The notes beneath the pieces were generated by a model, which did no database searches, was not told the origin of the DNA, and saw only the letters and a list, made by a program, of their open reading frames with translations. The position numbers were made by a program, and so were the translations under genes. Below are positions 24,636-37,015 of a stretch of 64,000 nucleotides of DNA, piece by piece; positions within the stretch are counted from its first letter, which is position 1, and each line of letters opens with the position of its first letter. The DNA is taken from positions 9,424,001-9,488,000 of the forward strand of contig NC_083287.1 in the NCBI RefSeq assembly GCF_963506605.1, in the 5' to 3' direction. The DNA is from Zootoca vivipara (lineage: Eukaryota).

Positions 24636-26639
24636 ATTGCTTTGAGCACAAAACTTTTCAAACCTGGTTACATCACAGCATTGGCTACCTAACACCAAGT
24701 ATATAGAAACTGAATATACAGAGATCAGATGATGTGTAAGCATGGGTCAACCAGCCGTAGATAATTACTATTTCAGATATTCCCCCTTTTGCTAGGGTTG
24801 TATAATATTTTCCATTCTTCCCAGAATTTCCCCCATTTCTCTAACAAGCAAATTAAGTTGTCCTAGTCATTCTGTAGCCATAGAGGACATTCAGAACGCC
24901 TGACTTCTCCTGCTACCTTCATTCCAAAGAGTTCAACACAAAGATGGACTTGACTGGTATCTGTCCGTCAGTTCATACTTTTTTGCTTATTAAATTTGGC
25001 ATGAGACTCATATTCATGCTCATCTGTTATAAGGGAGTTTCCGTAGAGAGTTAACTGTTGCTAATCTCGAGTTTTGATCTGCTTAGCACCAAAGGACACT
25101 GGCATAAAAGCACAACACAGTTCACAGAAGGAAGGATATTTAGCTTCTACTGCCATTGGGCCCTCAAACCTGATTGCCAAACAGCCTTATTTATCACTCA
25201 GTGCCCTCAACAACAACGCATTTCCTTTATCCCTAATTGCCTCAAAATTTCCTCCAGCTGCTGCTCCCCCCCAACTTTGCCTTATCCATTAGACACATTT
25301 AAATTTTCCCTTTGTTTTGTTATCTACATTTTTTTCGCACCCTAAAATTACAGCCCTTTCAAGGCGCAAGTCCCTCCATTCAAATATCTGAACACGGTAT
25401 AATTTTAGCATCACATAATTTCCTCCATAATTGCTAAATCATTTTCTTCCTCTCCTGCCACCCTTTCCTTTTTATTTCTTGTTTTTTTTTTTAAAGACGA
25501 AGAAGGAAGCATCCAAGGAGGCACATCTAAAAGAGGCAGGAGATTTAATAAAGCTAAGACTGCTTCGCCTCATGTTGCACTATGCCACTGAATCACAGAG
25601 CCATAAAACAATATCTCTTCTGTTTGCAAACTTTTCATATCTGCTCTTCCATTCAATAAATCTTAAACTTTCTGGATCCGCAAGTCATCGTAGGTTCACA
25701 AGTGCAAAACTCTTTCAAGTGTATCAATGAAATTCCCAAGGAGCATGCAACAAAAAGTATTAAAAACGTAAGATGAAGCTGTTTAGGGCATTTTTAAATT
25801 TCATTTCATTTTTTTTTTTTTACTTTTCACTAGTGGTGCCTTAGAGATGGGGAGAACTGACATGTATTAAAATAAAAGTCACACATTTTCACTCCCTTGT
25901 ATCATGAATGTTTTGTCATAATGGATTTTCATTTTAATGTTCCAATTGCATCTGTAACATTCTTTCAATTCATAGCACTAATGACTTCCATTATTATTTA
26001 CATGCTTCTTTAATTATAAGGTTTTGCATCTCACTCATAACATTCTCTTTCTCTCGCTCTCTCTCCACTACCCCAGATATAAGGCAGATGGATTTTAGCT
26101 TTCTGACGCACGGAAGCTCGTGATGATTTAGCCTACATTAATACCTCTTCGTAATGTGCCCACAATCTGAGCCCCTCGCATAGTTATAAATTAAATAAAG
26201 GAAGAAGAAGAAGTGGGTACGTTTCTCCTCAGGAAAACCACCAAACACAGAGATATACCAAATCTCTTTAAAGCAGTATATATGCAAATTTAATTGAAAA
26301 CAAATATATATCAAATGGCTTCCCAGGAGAAATGGAAATTTCTCTAAATTAGTAGCACACAAAGCAATAATGCCTATTCTTAACACGTTTAATTTTGCCT
26401 GACAGGTTTCCTTTTAGTTAAGAATGGCTGCCATTCACTTGGATGGGGAGAAAAGCAAAGGTGGCACTTGGGGACATGGTTATACCCATGTAAAAACCCT
26501 TTGCATGTCAGTTTGGATATGGCAGGCATTGTCTTATACAAGGCTCCCATTTGCGCTCACCTCAACAGTCATAATAACAAGCTAGTAAAAGTATAAAACT
26601 GATCCGGAAGTATTTTTGCTGTGCATTGTAGCAAAACAA

Positions 26640-26860
26640 TTAAGAGCATAAGAATAGCCTGCTGGTTCAGGCCACTTGGTCCCTCTGGTCCAGCATCCTG
26701 TTCTCACAGTAGCCAACCAGATGCCCCTGGGATGAATGCAACCCACAATCTCGCCTCTTGTGCACAACAACACTCTCACCTCCTGTGGTTTCCAACAACT
26801 GGTATTCAGGAGCCTTCTGCCTTCAACAGTGGAGGTAGAACAAAGCCATTGTGGTTAGGC
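26640..26860 (-). mobile_element. Old CR1-derived 3' UTR fragment
   Basis: AAGAGCATAAGAATAGCCTGCTGGTTCAGGCC...GTCCAGCATCCTGTTCTCACAGTAGCCAACCAGATGCC, typical reversed CR1 3' end. Confidence 0.6.
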
Positions 26861-27667
26861 AGTTAAACAGATTTATATGTTAGAGAATGCCACCTGTCCC
26901 ATGTTTTACTCTGCCTTAGGAACTCAATCACATTTACAATGCTGTGGCACATATCAGAGCTGGCAGAACACCCTAATTTCCCAGGTAGAGCTAGCCTACT
27001 GCATGAATACTAAAGTTGTCAAAATCCATGTCTCGATAAGCCCTAGAATTTGGCGCAGCATCACTAGAAAAATCTGACATGGACATGGAGATGGGGGATT
27101 CCAATTGCACTGCAAAAACAGCTACAAGGTTTGCAGCTTCCAGGAAAGCTGAAGTCTTGCAGACATTGATTTCTATAAAAGTCTTTGAAACAGAACATTT
27201 GCAGAAGTACCGTATATACTTCTCCCCAAAATAGGGAGCTCGTAAGCACTGAGCACTCTGCAATGGTTAAGATACCTCCAAGTCAGTCAAAAAGCTGGAA
27301 ATGGAAGCACATATAAAAGATATTGATTAGTAGTAGAAGAGAATAGAAGGGAGAGAGATTAAGATACTTCAGGAAACCCTAAAATCTCAAATTTGCACTG
27401 CGCAAAGCTTCTTCAAAAAGCCCTGAAACTCGAAATTACATGGACTTGCATGAAGCTTACATCATAACTGGGAAAAGTGGACTTGGCTCATGCACCTTTG
27501 ATAACTGGGCCAATGAGAAAATTTCAATCTTGTCACACAACTACACTTGCTGAAACTCCCTCTTCTACGTAACTCTTTCCCCCCAAATTTTATAATTTTA
27601 TACAATACAGTCTCTCCACAGAGAAAAGAACATAGCATTAAGTTTATTGTGTCATTTTACATGGTCT

Positions 27668-28068
27668 TAAAGAAGGCTGATCGCCAAAGAATTGATGCTC
27701 TTGAATTATGGTGCTGGAGGAGACTCTTGAGAGTCCCATGGACTGCAAGAAGATTAAACCTATCCATTCTGAAGGAAATCAGCCCTGAGTGCTCACTGGA
27801 AGGACAGATCGTGAAGCTGAGGCTCCAATACTTTGGCCACCTCATGAGAAGAGAAGACTCCCTGGAAAAGACCCTGATGTTGGGAAAGATTGAGGGCACA
27901 AGGAGAAGGGGACGACAGAGGATGAGATGGATGGACAGTGTTCTCGAAGCTACAAACATGAGTTTGACAAAGCTGCAGGAGGGAGTGGAAGACAGGAGTG
28001 CCTCGTGTGCTCTGGTCCATGGGGTCACGAAGAGTCGGACACGACTAAACGACTAAACAACAACAAAA
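27668..28068 (+). mobile_element. 5'-truncated BovB (RTE clade) LINE
   Basis: KKADRQRIDALELWCWRRLLRVPWTARR...HGVTKSRTRLND; (CAA)n tail. Confidence 0.96.
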
Positions 28069-28539
28069 ACATTAGCAGTCCATATAGGTTCTCCACAGAC
28101 AGGGATGTGGGGCTGGTGGGAGAGCTTTATTCCCCACCCCTTATGCATGAAAAGAGGGAGACCAGGTATCATCAAGGTATTTTCCTTTATAAGCCAATTT
28201 GCAACTCTTCTAAGCCCAGTTAGCTATATCCCAACTCTTATGCAAGCAGATCTCAAGAGGTAGCTCCCCCTGGGATTTCCAGTGAAATGCTATCATTAGA
28301 CATATGGCTACCAGTAGAAAGGGGGGGGATCAAATCTTTCTGCTGGATAGTAGGGTTGGAATTTGGGTTTAGTGAAAGCCGGGCTAAGGCTGGGTTTGGT
28401 GAGAGAGGTTGTTTTAACCATTTTGGATGAGATATAGAAGGCCCTGGTCCAAAACATATAAACAATTTTGCGTTCCCACCAAGCATGAAAATATGTTCCA
28501 AGGTTCCATACTCTGGCTTCTCCTCAGATCATATTTGTG

Positions 28540-29220
28540 TGTGGAGACCCTTTAACCTGTCCCAGAAATAAATTCACACTGGACTCAAATTTTGGTGCTT
28601 TTTTGTGGCAGAATTTAGGCCACAACTTTATTGATTACAAATCAAATGAGTGGTTGCATAGGCAGCCTCAGGTGAACACCTGGGACAGAGGCAGGCAGCG
28701 GTGTCTGCCACGCCTCCACCCAGATGAGCCCTGAACTCAGGCTCAGGGCACAACAACCCCGCATGGGGAAGATGAACCATGAGTCCTTGGATTCCTTCTT
28801 ACAGGAATACCCAACGCATAGGTATGACTACGCATCCTGCAAGAACCAGAGCCTATCCGCAACATTACAAGTTGTGACAATTTGCTGCGCGGCAGGCAAA
28901 ACCCAAATGGCACCAGCCAATCAGCCAAGTGGGGGAAATTCCTGCTGTGCCCCTGTCCCAACGACAGGCGACACACGATGGCATAGCAAGGTGCAAGCCC
29001 TAAATATAGGGAGAGGTGGGTGGGTGTTCCGGTGCTATGAAACCCGAAAGAGAAGCTCAGGGCCATGTGCAATGGTTAAGTAGTGGTCCCTCTAACTACT
29101 TTGATTGGCATCCCGATAGCCCAATTGCTCCCTTGTTCGAGGGACCACCAATAGGGCGTTGTGGCTGCTCCAATGATCCCAACCCAACACCAGGCCTGAT
29201 TGCTGGGTCCCACTGCAACA
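28540..29220 (-). mobile_element. Putative solo LTR (Gypsy-like; DIRS/Ngaro terminal repeat not excluded)
   Basis: TG...CA termini with 4-bp TSD TGTG/CGTG; minus strand shows CCAAT (~29104-29108), TATA-like TACTTAA (~29076-29082) and downstream AATAAAGTTGTGGCC (~28618-28632); more CpG-rich than flanks. Confidence 0.5.
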
Positions 29221-29354
29221 CGTGACCTCTGTTTAGGGAGGACCCAATAAATCTTGCCTTTTACTATATATAACTCTTAAAGGTGAAGAACCCCCATCAG
29301 CTCCTGCACCTAGTCACCTACCCACAACAGAGACCGGCCGTCAAGCACAGAGTA

Positions 29355-29598
29355 CAGTGGTGCCACTACTTACGAATTTAATGCGTTCCGAACACACATT
29401 CGTAAGTAAAAAAAAAATTGTAAGTCGAATCCCATAGGAATGCATTGGGAGAAAAAATTCATAAGTAGAAGCAACCCTATCTAAAAATTCGTAAGTAGAA
29501 AAAAATCCTATCTAAACCGCATCCAAGATGGCGGACAGAGCTCCGTTCGTATGTAGAAACATTCGTAAGTAGAGTTATTCGTAAGTAGAGGTACACTG
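29355..29598. mobile_element. Tc1/mariner (Tigger/pogo-like) MITE
   Basis: TA|CAGTGGTGCC...GGTACACTG|TA; repeated subterminal TTCGTAAGTAG motifs. Confidence 0.85.
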
Positions 29599-32500
29599 TA
29601 AAATAAACTGAACATGGCATGGGATGTTTTGCTACAGGAGCTCTGGTGGCTCCCCAGAGTTGCATTTGGGGGAAGAGTTGCTTCTGTGAGCATCTAGAAG
29701 CACAGATCTGTGCATGCAGAATTGCAAGCTTCACTACGCATCTTGCATGGTCTTCAATAACATTTCATTAGATTGCATTATTTACGCTGTGCTATGGGAG
29801 CTCTTTAGCACAAAGTATTTGTCCTCTCAGGTATGTCCCCAAATGTGCCTTCGTTCAGTAATAATTGAGATCTGTGGCAACATGTAATGAAGAAAATGAA
29901 TAATGGGGTGACCTGGGTAAGAAGAAAAATGTAAGGGGGAAAGCTGTTCTCAGGAAACCTGACCTATTTTGTAAGGGGTTGCTGAAACCAGTTTGGGGGG
30001 GGGAGTGTTGTGTATTAGGCTCACAGCCAGTGATGGGCAAATGCCGTTTCTGACATTCAGTATACCACCCTTACTCTGATGATCACAGGGTGGTTCACAA
30101 CATAAAAATACAAAATGAGGAGAACCCAAAATACATGAGAAAACCAAGAAAACAAAAACAAACCAATAACTCCCTTCCTACAAACACATTTCGAAGGACA
30201 TAGATTGTTTGCAGAGTACCTGGGGGAAAAGAAAATTGCTGCAGAAAGCTTCTTAATCCTCAAAGGATGACTAAAAACCTTAGCATTAATATTATGATTT
30301 CTTTGCAGAAACCCATGAGATTGTATAGATAAAGGGAAGAAACCCTATTACATCTATTCTTAGATGTTTATTTCGACTGGCAGGAGTCTAGCCAGGAAAA
30401 CTTACTAAACATGGGTATAATATGATCCAAGTGGATAACTACCATCAACCACATCCTGGGACAAACAGCAGCTGCATTACTGTCTTCAAGGCCAGCCACA
30501 CATAAAGGACATCGCAGCTATTTACCCTGGAGGTAGGAAAAGCATGAATTGCTGGGACCAGGTTTCATTTCTTTTGAGGAGGGCACAATTGGTGTAAGAT
30601 AGAGCTGATGAAACATGCTTTTAACTGAGCATCTGGCTGTAGAATTGAGTCCAGGAGAATTCCCAAATTGCCGAAACATTTGCAACTCCATCCAGAACAG
30701 GCTGAACAACTGATCTGAGATCATCAGAACATCCAAACAAGAATGCTTATCTCCTATCAGGATTGAAACCCATTACATCTATTGCATGCATTCAAATTTT
30801 GATGTGTTCCCTATCAAAATCTAAATATATTTTATTTATCAACTATTTTATTTTATTTGTTTACTTTAAAACTCCTTATATCCTGCCTTTGTTCTAAGAC
30901 TCCAAGATGGTTAAAAGAATAAAACAATAAGGAATGGGGGTAGAAATCAGCACTATCGTAAAATAGAACAATGCAGTGAAATATTGCAAGCAAGCAGGTT
31001 TTCTAGGAAGCTTGATGTTTATCAAACTGAAAATTCTGAACCTGTGCATCAAAGAGGTAAAACATATGTACCAGATTTGCATATGCACACATACAAGCCA
31101 GTCGCAGTAGCTTTGTGGCGAATGACTAACTGTGGCATCATGTCTACTCAGAAATAAGCCACATTGTATTCAAAGGGGATTCATCCCAAATAAATGGTTT
31201 TAGACCTTCAGGCTAACTTGGCCAGATGTGTCATTTTGAAATTGCTAGTAGGCTTCATAGCTGTAATAGCAATGAAAGCTTTCTTTCTTCTTCCAATACA
31301 TAAAACTAGGAGATCAATTAACAAGTACAAAAGGGCACACTCCTCAATGAAAATGCACAATAAAATTGTCCCCAATACACAGACAAATGGATTCTCAACC
31401 TGGAGGGGCTGGTAAATATGTCAGTATACTGTAACCAGAAAGTGGCATGTAATACAAATCCTTTTGCCAATGTGGTTTCTCTGCCACAATGACTGGGCGT
31501 TCAGGGCAGAGGTGCTAGTGTTGTTTGGTTTTGTAGATTAAGCCAACAACATCACATGCTCATGCAATTCCAAGAAAAAACTCTCCTCTCTGGAAATAAT
31601 GCAGACTACACATCACATTGCAGTAACTCTTTTCCTGATAAAAGTCATACATACCACTTACCTTCGAAAGAAAAGTTGCGCAAGTACACAATCTGAATTG
31701 ATTTCAGAGGAGCTAATGGAGAAATCTTCTACCAGCTGAACAGAAGCTCTGCTCATTTTACTCAAGGTGTTCGGCAAGCTAAACAAGATGCCTTACTGTT
31801 TTCAATTGCTTGGTTTCAGTTATGCATCTGTTACACAATTGCTTCTTCTATATTCTGAGTCATTGGTAGTGTCCAAAAATAGTCCTTTCATCTTAAATTA
31901 AGAGAAGAGCATTATAGATCATGCAGACGGAAAATCCTGTCTCCTTGCTACTAATAAATACGCTACAGGGCCTTAGACTAAGGAAACTGCTGTAGTATAT
32001 CTTAATGCTAACAGATGCTACTGCTGGCCTGCTTAAGAGATCGAGAAAGAAAAGAAGTGGGTGGAAAGAAAAGAGTGAAGAATGAGGGATTTACAAATGA
32101 ATACATTATTTGCACACATGTAGGTATTGGGGAAAGGAAAATAAAACTTTGTGCATAAGAAGGGGTGATCAGCTGTTATGTTCAACAAGAGTTGAGCTGT
32201 ACTCTTGTACAATTGTCCACATGTAGCACTCAACAAGTGTATAGTTTATGTAGGTATGTACACAACAGTTGAGATATACAACACAACAAACATACACCCT
32301 TTCACACAAGCACTTGTATTTGTGTAGACAACAGCTTGTGCCTGCATTCAGTGCAAAGAGTGAACAAGCTTTATGCTTATAAGAATGGTGAGCTACTTCT
32401 GGCTCATAAGACATGTGCTGTTCAGTTCCTCGTTCTACTCTCCAAAGTTTCATAATCAATTAATTTTCCTTGACAAATTCATATTGGTTGTACTGTTTCC

Positions 32501-33209
32501 AAAAAGATGTTCCAAAGTGCATGTTCATTCCTGAAAGTAAACAGAAAATAAGCAGACCAGTACCCTAAGTTAGCCAAAGTTGAGTCAAGACCATTGGGTT
32601 CAATAAGCATGTTTAGGTACTTAAGTAAGATGCATCTGCCCAACTTTGGCAAGCCACATTTTGGGAATAATTCACAGGACTTGTTGCTAGGTACCATATC
32701 TCTGGGATCCTACTTCAGCCTTCATCACAACAGTGGCTGCCTGACTTAGATTTATCTTGTCAAGTGTGTCAGAATCCTTTCCAGAGATAGATTCCAATTT
32801 ATACAATAAATTCCAATATATTGTATAGATATTGTCCAATTTATTGTCCAAAATATTGTATAAATAGATTCCAATTTATGCAATAAATACAACATTTAAA
32901 AATCCAGTTGATTCAAAATTAATACTCAGTTGTAGTCTGCACATTGAAAAAGGCAAATTGCAAATTAACAGCCCTGGTTTTGTGTGTGGTTGTTGTTACA
33001 CATGGATTCCTTTGGCTCCGACTCACTTTGCAAAAAGTTGCAAACGTGTCTATTTCCTGTAGCCAGATCCCCATCCAGTATTTTATACAGCACCTAGGGT
33101 AGTATACATAGTTTTGGTCACTGTTGGATGGCTGATTCCAATCACCCACCCTCACTTTCCTCTTGGAAATGACTTGTATCTACCATCTTTGGGTGTGTGT
33201 ATGCAGGGT

Positions 33210-33992
33210 AGATATGCAGATGACACAACCTTGTTGGCAGAAAGTGAGGAGGAATTAAAGAACCTTTTAATGAGGGTGAAAGAGGAGAGCGCAAAATATG
33301 GTCTGAAGCTCAACATCAAAAAAACCAAGATCATGGCCACTGGTCCCATCACCTCCTGGCAAATAGAAGGGGAAGAAATGGAGGCAGTGAGAGATTTTAC
33401 TTTCTTGGGTTCCATGATCACTGCAGATGCTGACAGCAGTCACGAAATTAAAAGACGCCTGCTGCTCGGGAGAAAAGCAATGACAAACCTAGACAGCATA
33501 TTGAAAAGCAGAGACATCACCTTGCCGACAAAGGTCCGTATAGTTAAAGCTATGGTTTCCCCAGTAGTGATGTATGGAAGTGAGAGCTGGACCATAAAGA
33601 AGGCTGATCGCCGAAGAATTGATGCTTTTGAATTATGGTGCTGGAGGAGACTCTTGAGAGTCCCATGGACTGCAAGAAGATCAAACCTATCCATTCTGAA
33701 GGAAATCAGCCCTGAGTGCTCACTGGAAGGACAGAGCCTGAAGCTGAGGCTCCAATACTTTGGCCACCTCATGAGAAGAGAAGACTCCCTGGAAAAGACC
33801 CTGATGTTGGGAAAGATTGAGGGCACTAGGAGAAGGGGACAACAGAGGACGAGATGGTTGGACAGTGTTCTCGAAGCTACGAACGTGAGTTTGACCAAAC
33901 TGCGGGAGGCAGTGGAAGACAGGAGTGCCTGGCGTGCTATGGTCCATGGGGTCACGAAGAGTCGGACACGACTAAACGACCAAACAACAACA
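33210..33992 (+). mobile_element. 5'-truncated BovB LINE with an uninterrupted RT C-terminal frame
   Basis: RYADDTTL...GLKLNIKKTKIM...YGSESWTIKK...TKSRTRLND; (CAA)n tail; 13-bp TSD ATGCAGGGTAGAT (33201-33213, 33993-34005). Confidence 0.97.
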
Positions 33993-35461
33993 ATGCAGGG
34001 TAGATCATTACAGCTTGTAACATATCCTGACTCTTGTAACAGGGCCACACATTTTTTCTTCCTAACCGACTAACAATACCTGACCTTTAGCAAAACTACC
34101 AATCTGTCCTTAGCTGAACTAAGTAAGATAAAGATAGGAAAATACCATCCTTTCAAAAGCATCTTAACCCAACTCTTCTGGGGTAAGGGAAAAAAATTAA
34201 TAATTTAATCAAGGCAAGCTAGGATCAATCATGCTATTTGAAAGGATTTCCTGATGAATGACAAGTCATTAAAATGGACCTGCTGAGAAAACAAACCAGC
34301 CCATGTGAGGTCTCAATAATGTGACCCTGGAATGTCAAATGGGGGCGGGGAATTGAGGAGCAAAACTATTGAACCAAAGGGAAATATTAAAAATAAGGAT
34401 TGTTCAGTTTTCTTGTGAACTTGTAAAGAACAAAGCTACAACAGTTGGCTTGAACTGTTTGATCAATGATTGTTAACTCCTCTTCATAAAGAACAGTTTG
34501 TTTAGGGTCTCTTTCTTCTTCCTCTTCCACACCCCAAGCATTTTGCAGTTATGGAACGGTGCTTGATAAATCCATTTTGGCTGAGACATTATGCAGGTGC
34601 ACAACAAGCTAACCAAAGGCTGCAAATTAATAGTTTAGGACTAATAATTGCTCATCCTCTGTACAGCAGAACATTCAGCCCAAATCTGCATGTATTCCTA
34701 TATTTTATTAACTCTTTTACCCCAGGAAGTGAAGATACTGTTCTCCTTGCCTGAGTTAAGTTCTGATGTGACTCTTGATTCAGCACAGAAACTCTGTGGA
34801 TGTTAAGGGTTATCTGTGTGTGCTGTTGTACTTACCTTTCTGTCAGCTACCAGGGCTCATCCAACATATTTTGCTGCCTGAGATAAAGGGCAAGATGCTG
34901 ACTCCTCTCTGTTGCCATATTTTGAAGAGCAAAAAAAGAGGACACATTTGCCGACTTCTGCTTTTAACTATGGATCGCCACGATGACTCTCATTTCAAAA
35001 CAGAGGACGTGTCCTGGGAAAAGAGGACATATGGCAACCTCCCCATACAGAGGATTCCCATGTTACTTTAACAATGGTGGTGAGACAGCACCATCTACTG
35101 AATCTCAGATAGCATGGTTAAGTTTAGGGGGGTGGGCCAAGGAGACTGTATGGAATACACATATTTTTCACTTAAAAGTGGAATGGTTTGGAGGACGTGA
35201 CTTAGAAGGAACAGCTAGAGGGCTGTCATCACTCCCCTCCCCCCAGCATTTGCTGCCTGAAGTGGTCACCCCATTTTGCCAAACAGTAGGGTCGGCCCTG
35301 GAAGTTACCATAATAGTGTACAACCAATCCATTTGATGTAGCCCATCAAATGAAAGCCTGGAATGTCAGGTTGAAACTACACAGCAACACAGGGAGAAGG
35401 GAGAAGGGTGGGCGCTGTAAACCTATGTCTTCCATCATTCGTTGTCTGGTGACATTTAGTG

Positions 35462-36210
35462 TAAGGTTACCAGATATATTTTTTTCAATAAAGCCGGGGA
35501 CACGTAAAAATAAATAAATAAATAATAGATTTATTAATTTTTTGAAAAGAGAAAAAAAATTAAGAAAAAAATCAACACCACAGATCAAAGTTTGCTTTAA
35601 AACTGAGCTTTGGTTGGTTGTTTTTTTTTTTTAAAAAAAAACCCACCATGCAATGTATTAAATCCAGCATTTCCTCACCTTACATGTATCGGGAGCTCAA
35701 AAAGATGTGCCGCATATATAAATACGCAGCAGTTTTAGTCCCGCGCGAGACCTACCCGGCTTGGCCTGGTCTCCCTCCACCTTCACGGGTGAGCGCCGCG
35801 CTGAGGCAAAAACCAAAAGGAAACGGGCGGCAGCTCACCTGGCAGTGGGCCAAGGCCACCAGGCCAACGGCTTTACCGATCACTGCCATCGCGGCCACTC
35901 CATCGCTCAAGCCAGCTGCCTCTTCTTCCACCGTGGAAACCCGGCCCACCTTGCCCTGCCCCTTCTGCCACCAGCCAAGCCACTCTGCCCTTGCTTGCCG
36001 CCCCCCCCCGGCCACACTGCCCTTTCGGCCTTTCTCCGGCAAGCCTGTGGGGCATTGGGTGAGAGGCTTTTTTCGATGAAGCCTGGCTCCAGGCTGCTGA
36101 GATCACCGCTGCCATGTTTCCCAGGGACATTCGGGGGACAGAATTTGTCCGGGGACAAATTTGCAAATCCAGGGACTGTCCCTGGGAAACGGGGACGTCT
36201 GGCAACCCTA
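35462..36210. mobile_element. 749-bp non-autonomous hAT (Blackjack/Ac-like) element with GC/CpG-rich cargo
   Basis: TIRs TAAGGTTACCAGA / TCTGGCAACCCTA; perfect TSD ATTTAGTG; subterminal GGGAC repeats; ends shared with 43156-43279. Confidence 0.88.
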
Positions 36211-36619
36211 ATTTAGTGGGGAAAGTGTGGGTGATGTCATCCCAGTACCATGTCCTCACCACTCTGCTCCATTGGCTGCCATCGGGGCAAGGAAATGCTA
36301 CAATCCTGGCATCATGTAAGGCCTTTTCTTCTGAGTATCTTGCTAGGAAGACATTTATGGGTGGCAAGCACTTGTCTCCCCATAGCAGTCCTTTGGGAAA
36401 GTGTGTTAAACAGAAATGAAGGAGCTGGGCCCATGCTCCATTGCACCAAGCCAAGAGTGCAGGGCAGGCCATTCGGGCAGGGTGGCGATGAGGCTTAGTG
36501 TTGTGCCCAAACCCACCCCCCAATTTCTTGCCCTGAGAAAGCGTTCCTTCCCTGAGAAAGAGGCTTCTGTTTCTCCACAATCTGCCTCTTTCTCAAAACA
36601 CCTTCAGATTCCTTTAGAA

Positions 36620-36750
36620 TTTAAGAACATGCTGGATCAGGTCCATCAAGTTCAATATCCTGTGCTCACAGTGCCCAACCCGATGCCTTTTTCCTGCCAT
36701 TTCCAGCAACTGATATTCAGAAGCATTACTGCCGCTGACCACTGAGGGTC
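36620..36750 (-). mobile_element. Old CR1-derived 3' UTR fragment
   Basis: Similar to 26640-26860. Confidence 0.5.
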
Positions 36751-36768
36751 TTGTGGTGATGACCCTGT

Positions 36769-37015
36769 CATAGCTGCCAACCGTCCCTTTTTTTGCGGGA
36801 AACTCTCTTATTCCAAGCCACAGCTGTCAACTTTCCCTTTTTTTGCTGGAAATTCCCTTATTCCAGCGCTGTTTCCCGCTGCTATCCTGGATTGTTAGAT
36901 ATACCGTAGACTGTCCCCAGGACAGGTGAGGCTGCTGATCCCTTATTTCAAATCCGAAAGTGGACAGGTAAGGCTCCTGACCCCTTATTTTCAAATCCGA
37001 AAGTTGACAGCTATG
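36769..37015 (-). mobile_element. hAT MITE, family B, empty copy (no nested A)
   Basis: TIRs CATAGCTGCCAAC / GTTGACAGCTATG; perfect TSD GACCCTGT; single copy of the GTCTACGG site (CCGTAGAC at ~36904-36911); internal ~40-bp duplication. Confidence 0.93.

Noticed and set aside
29355-29598. Regularly recurring TTCGTAAGTAG motifs as a CRISPR-like array
   Set aside because: Eukaryotic DNA; the motifs are short subterminal repeats inside a TA-flanked Tigger-like MITE with irregular spacing
33440-34048. Antisense ORFs over BovB copies (also 27657-28028 and 56215-57109)
   Set aside because: Shadow frames of the LINE RT coding strand
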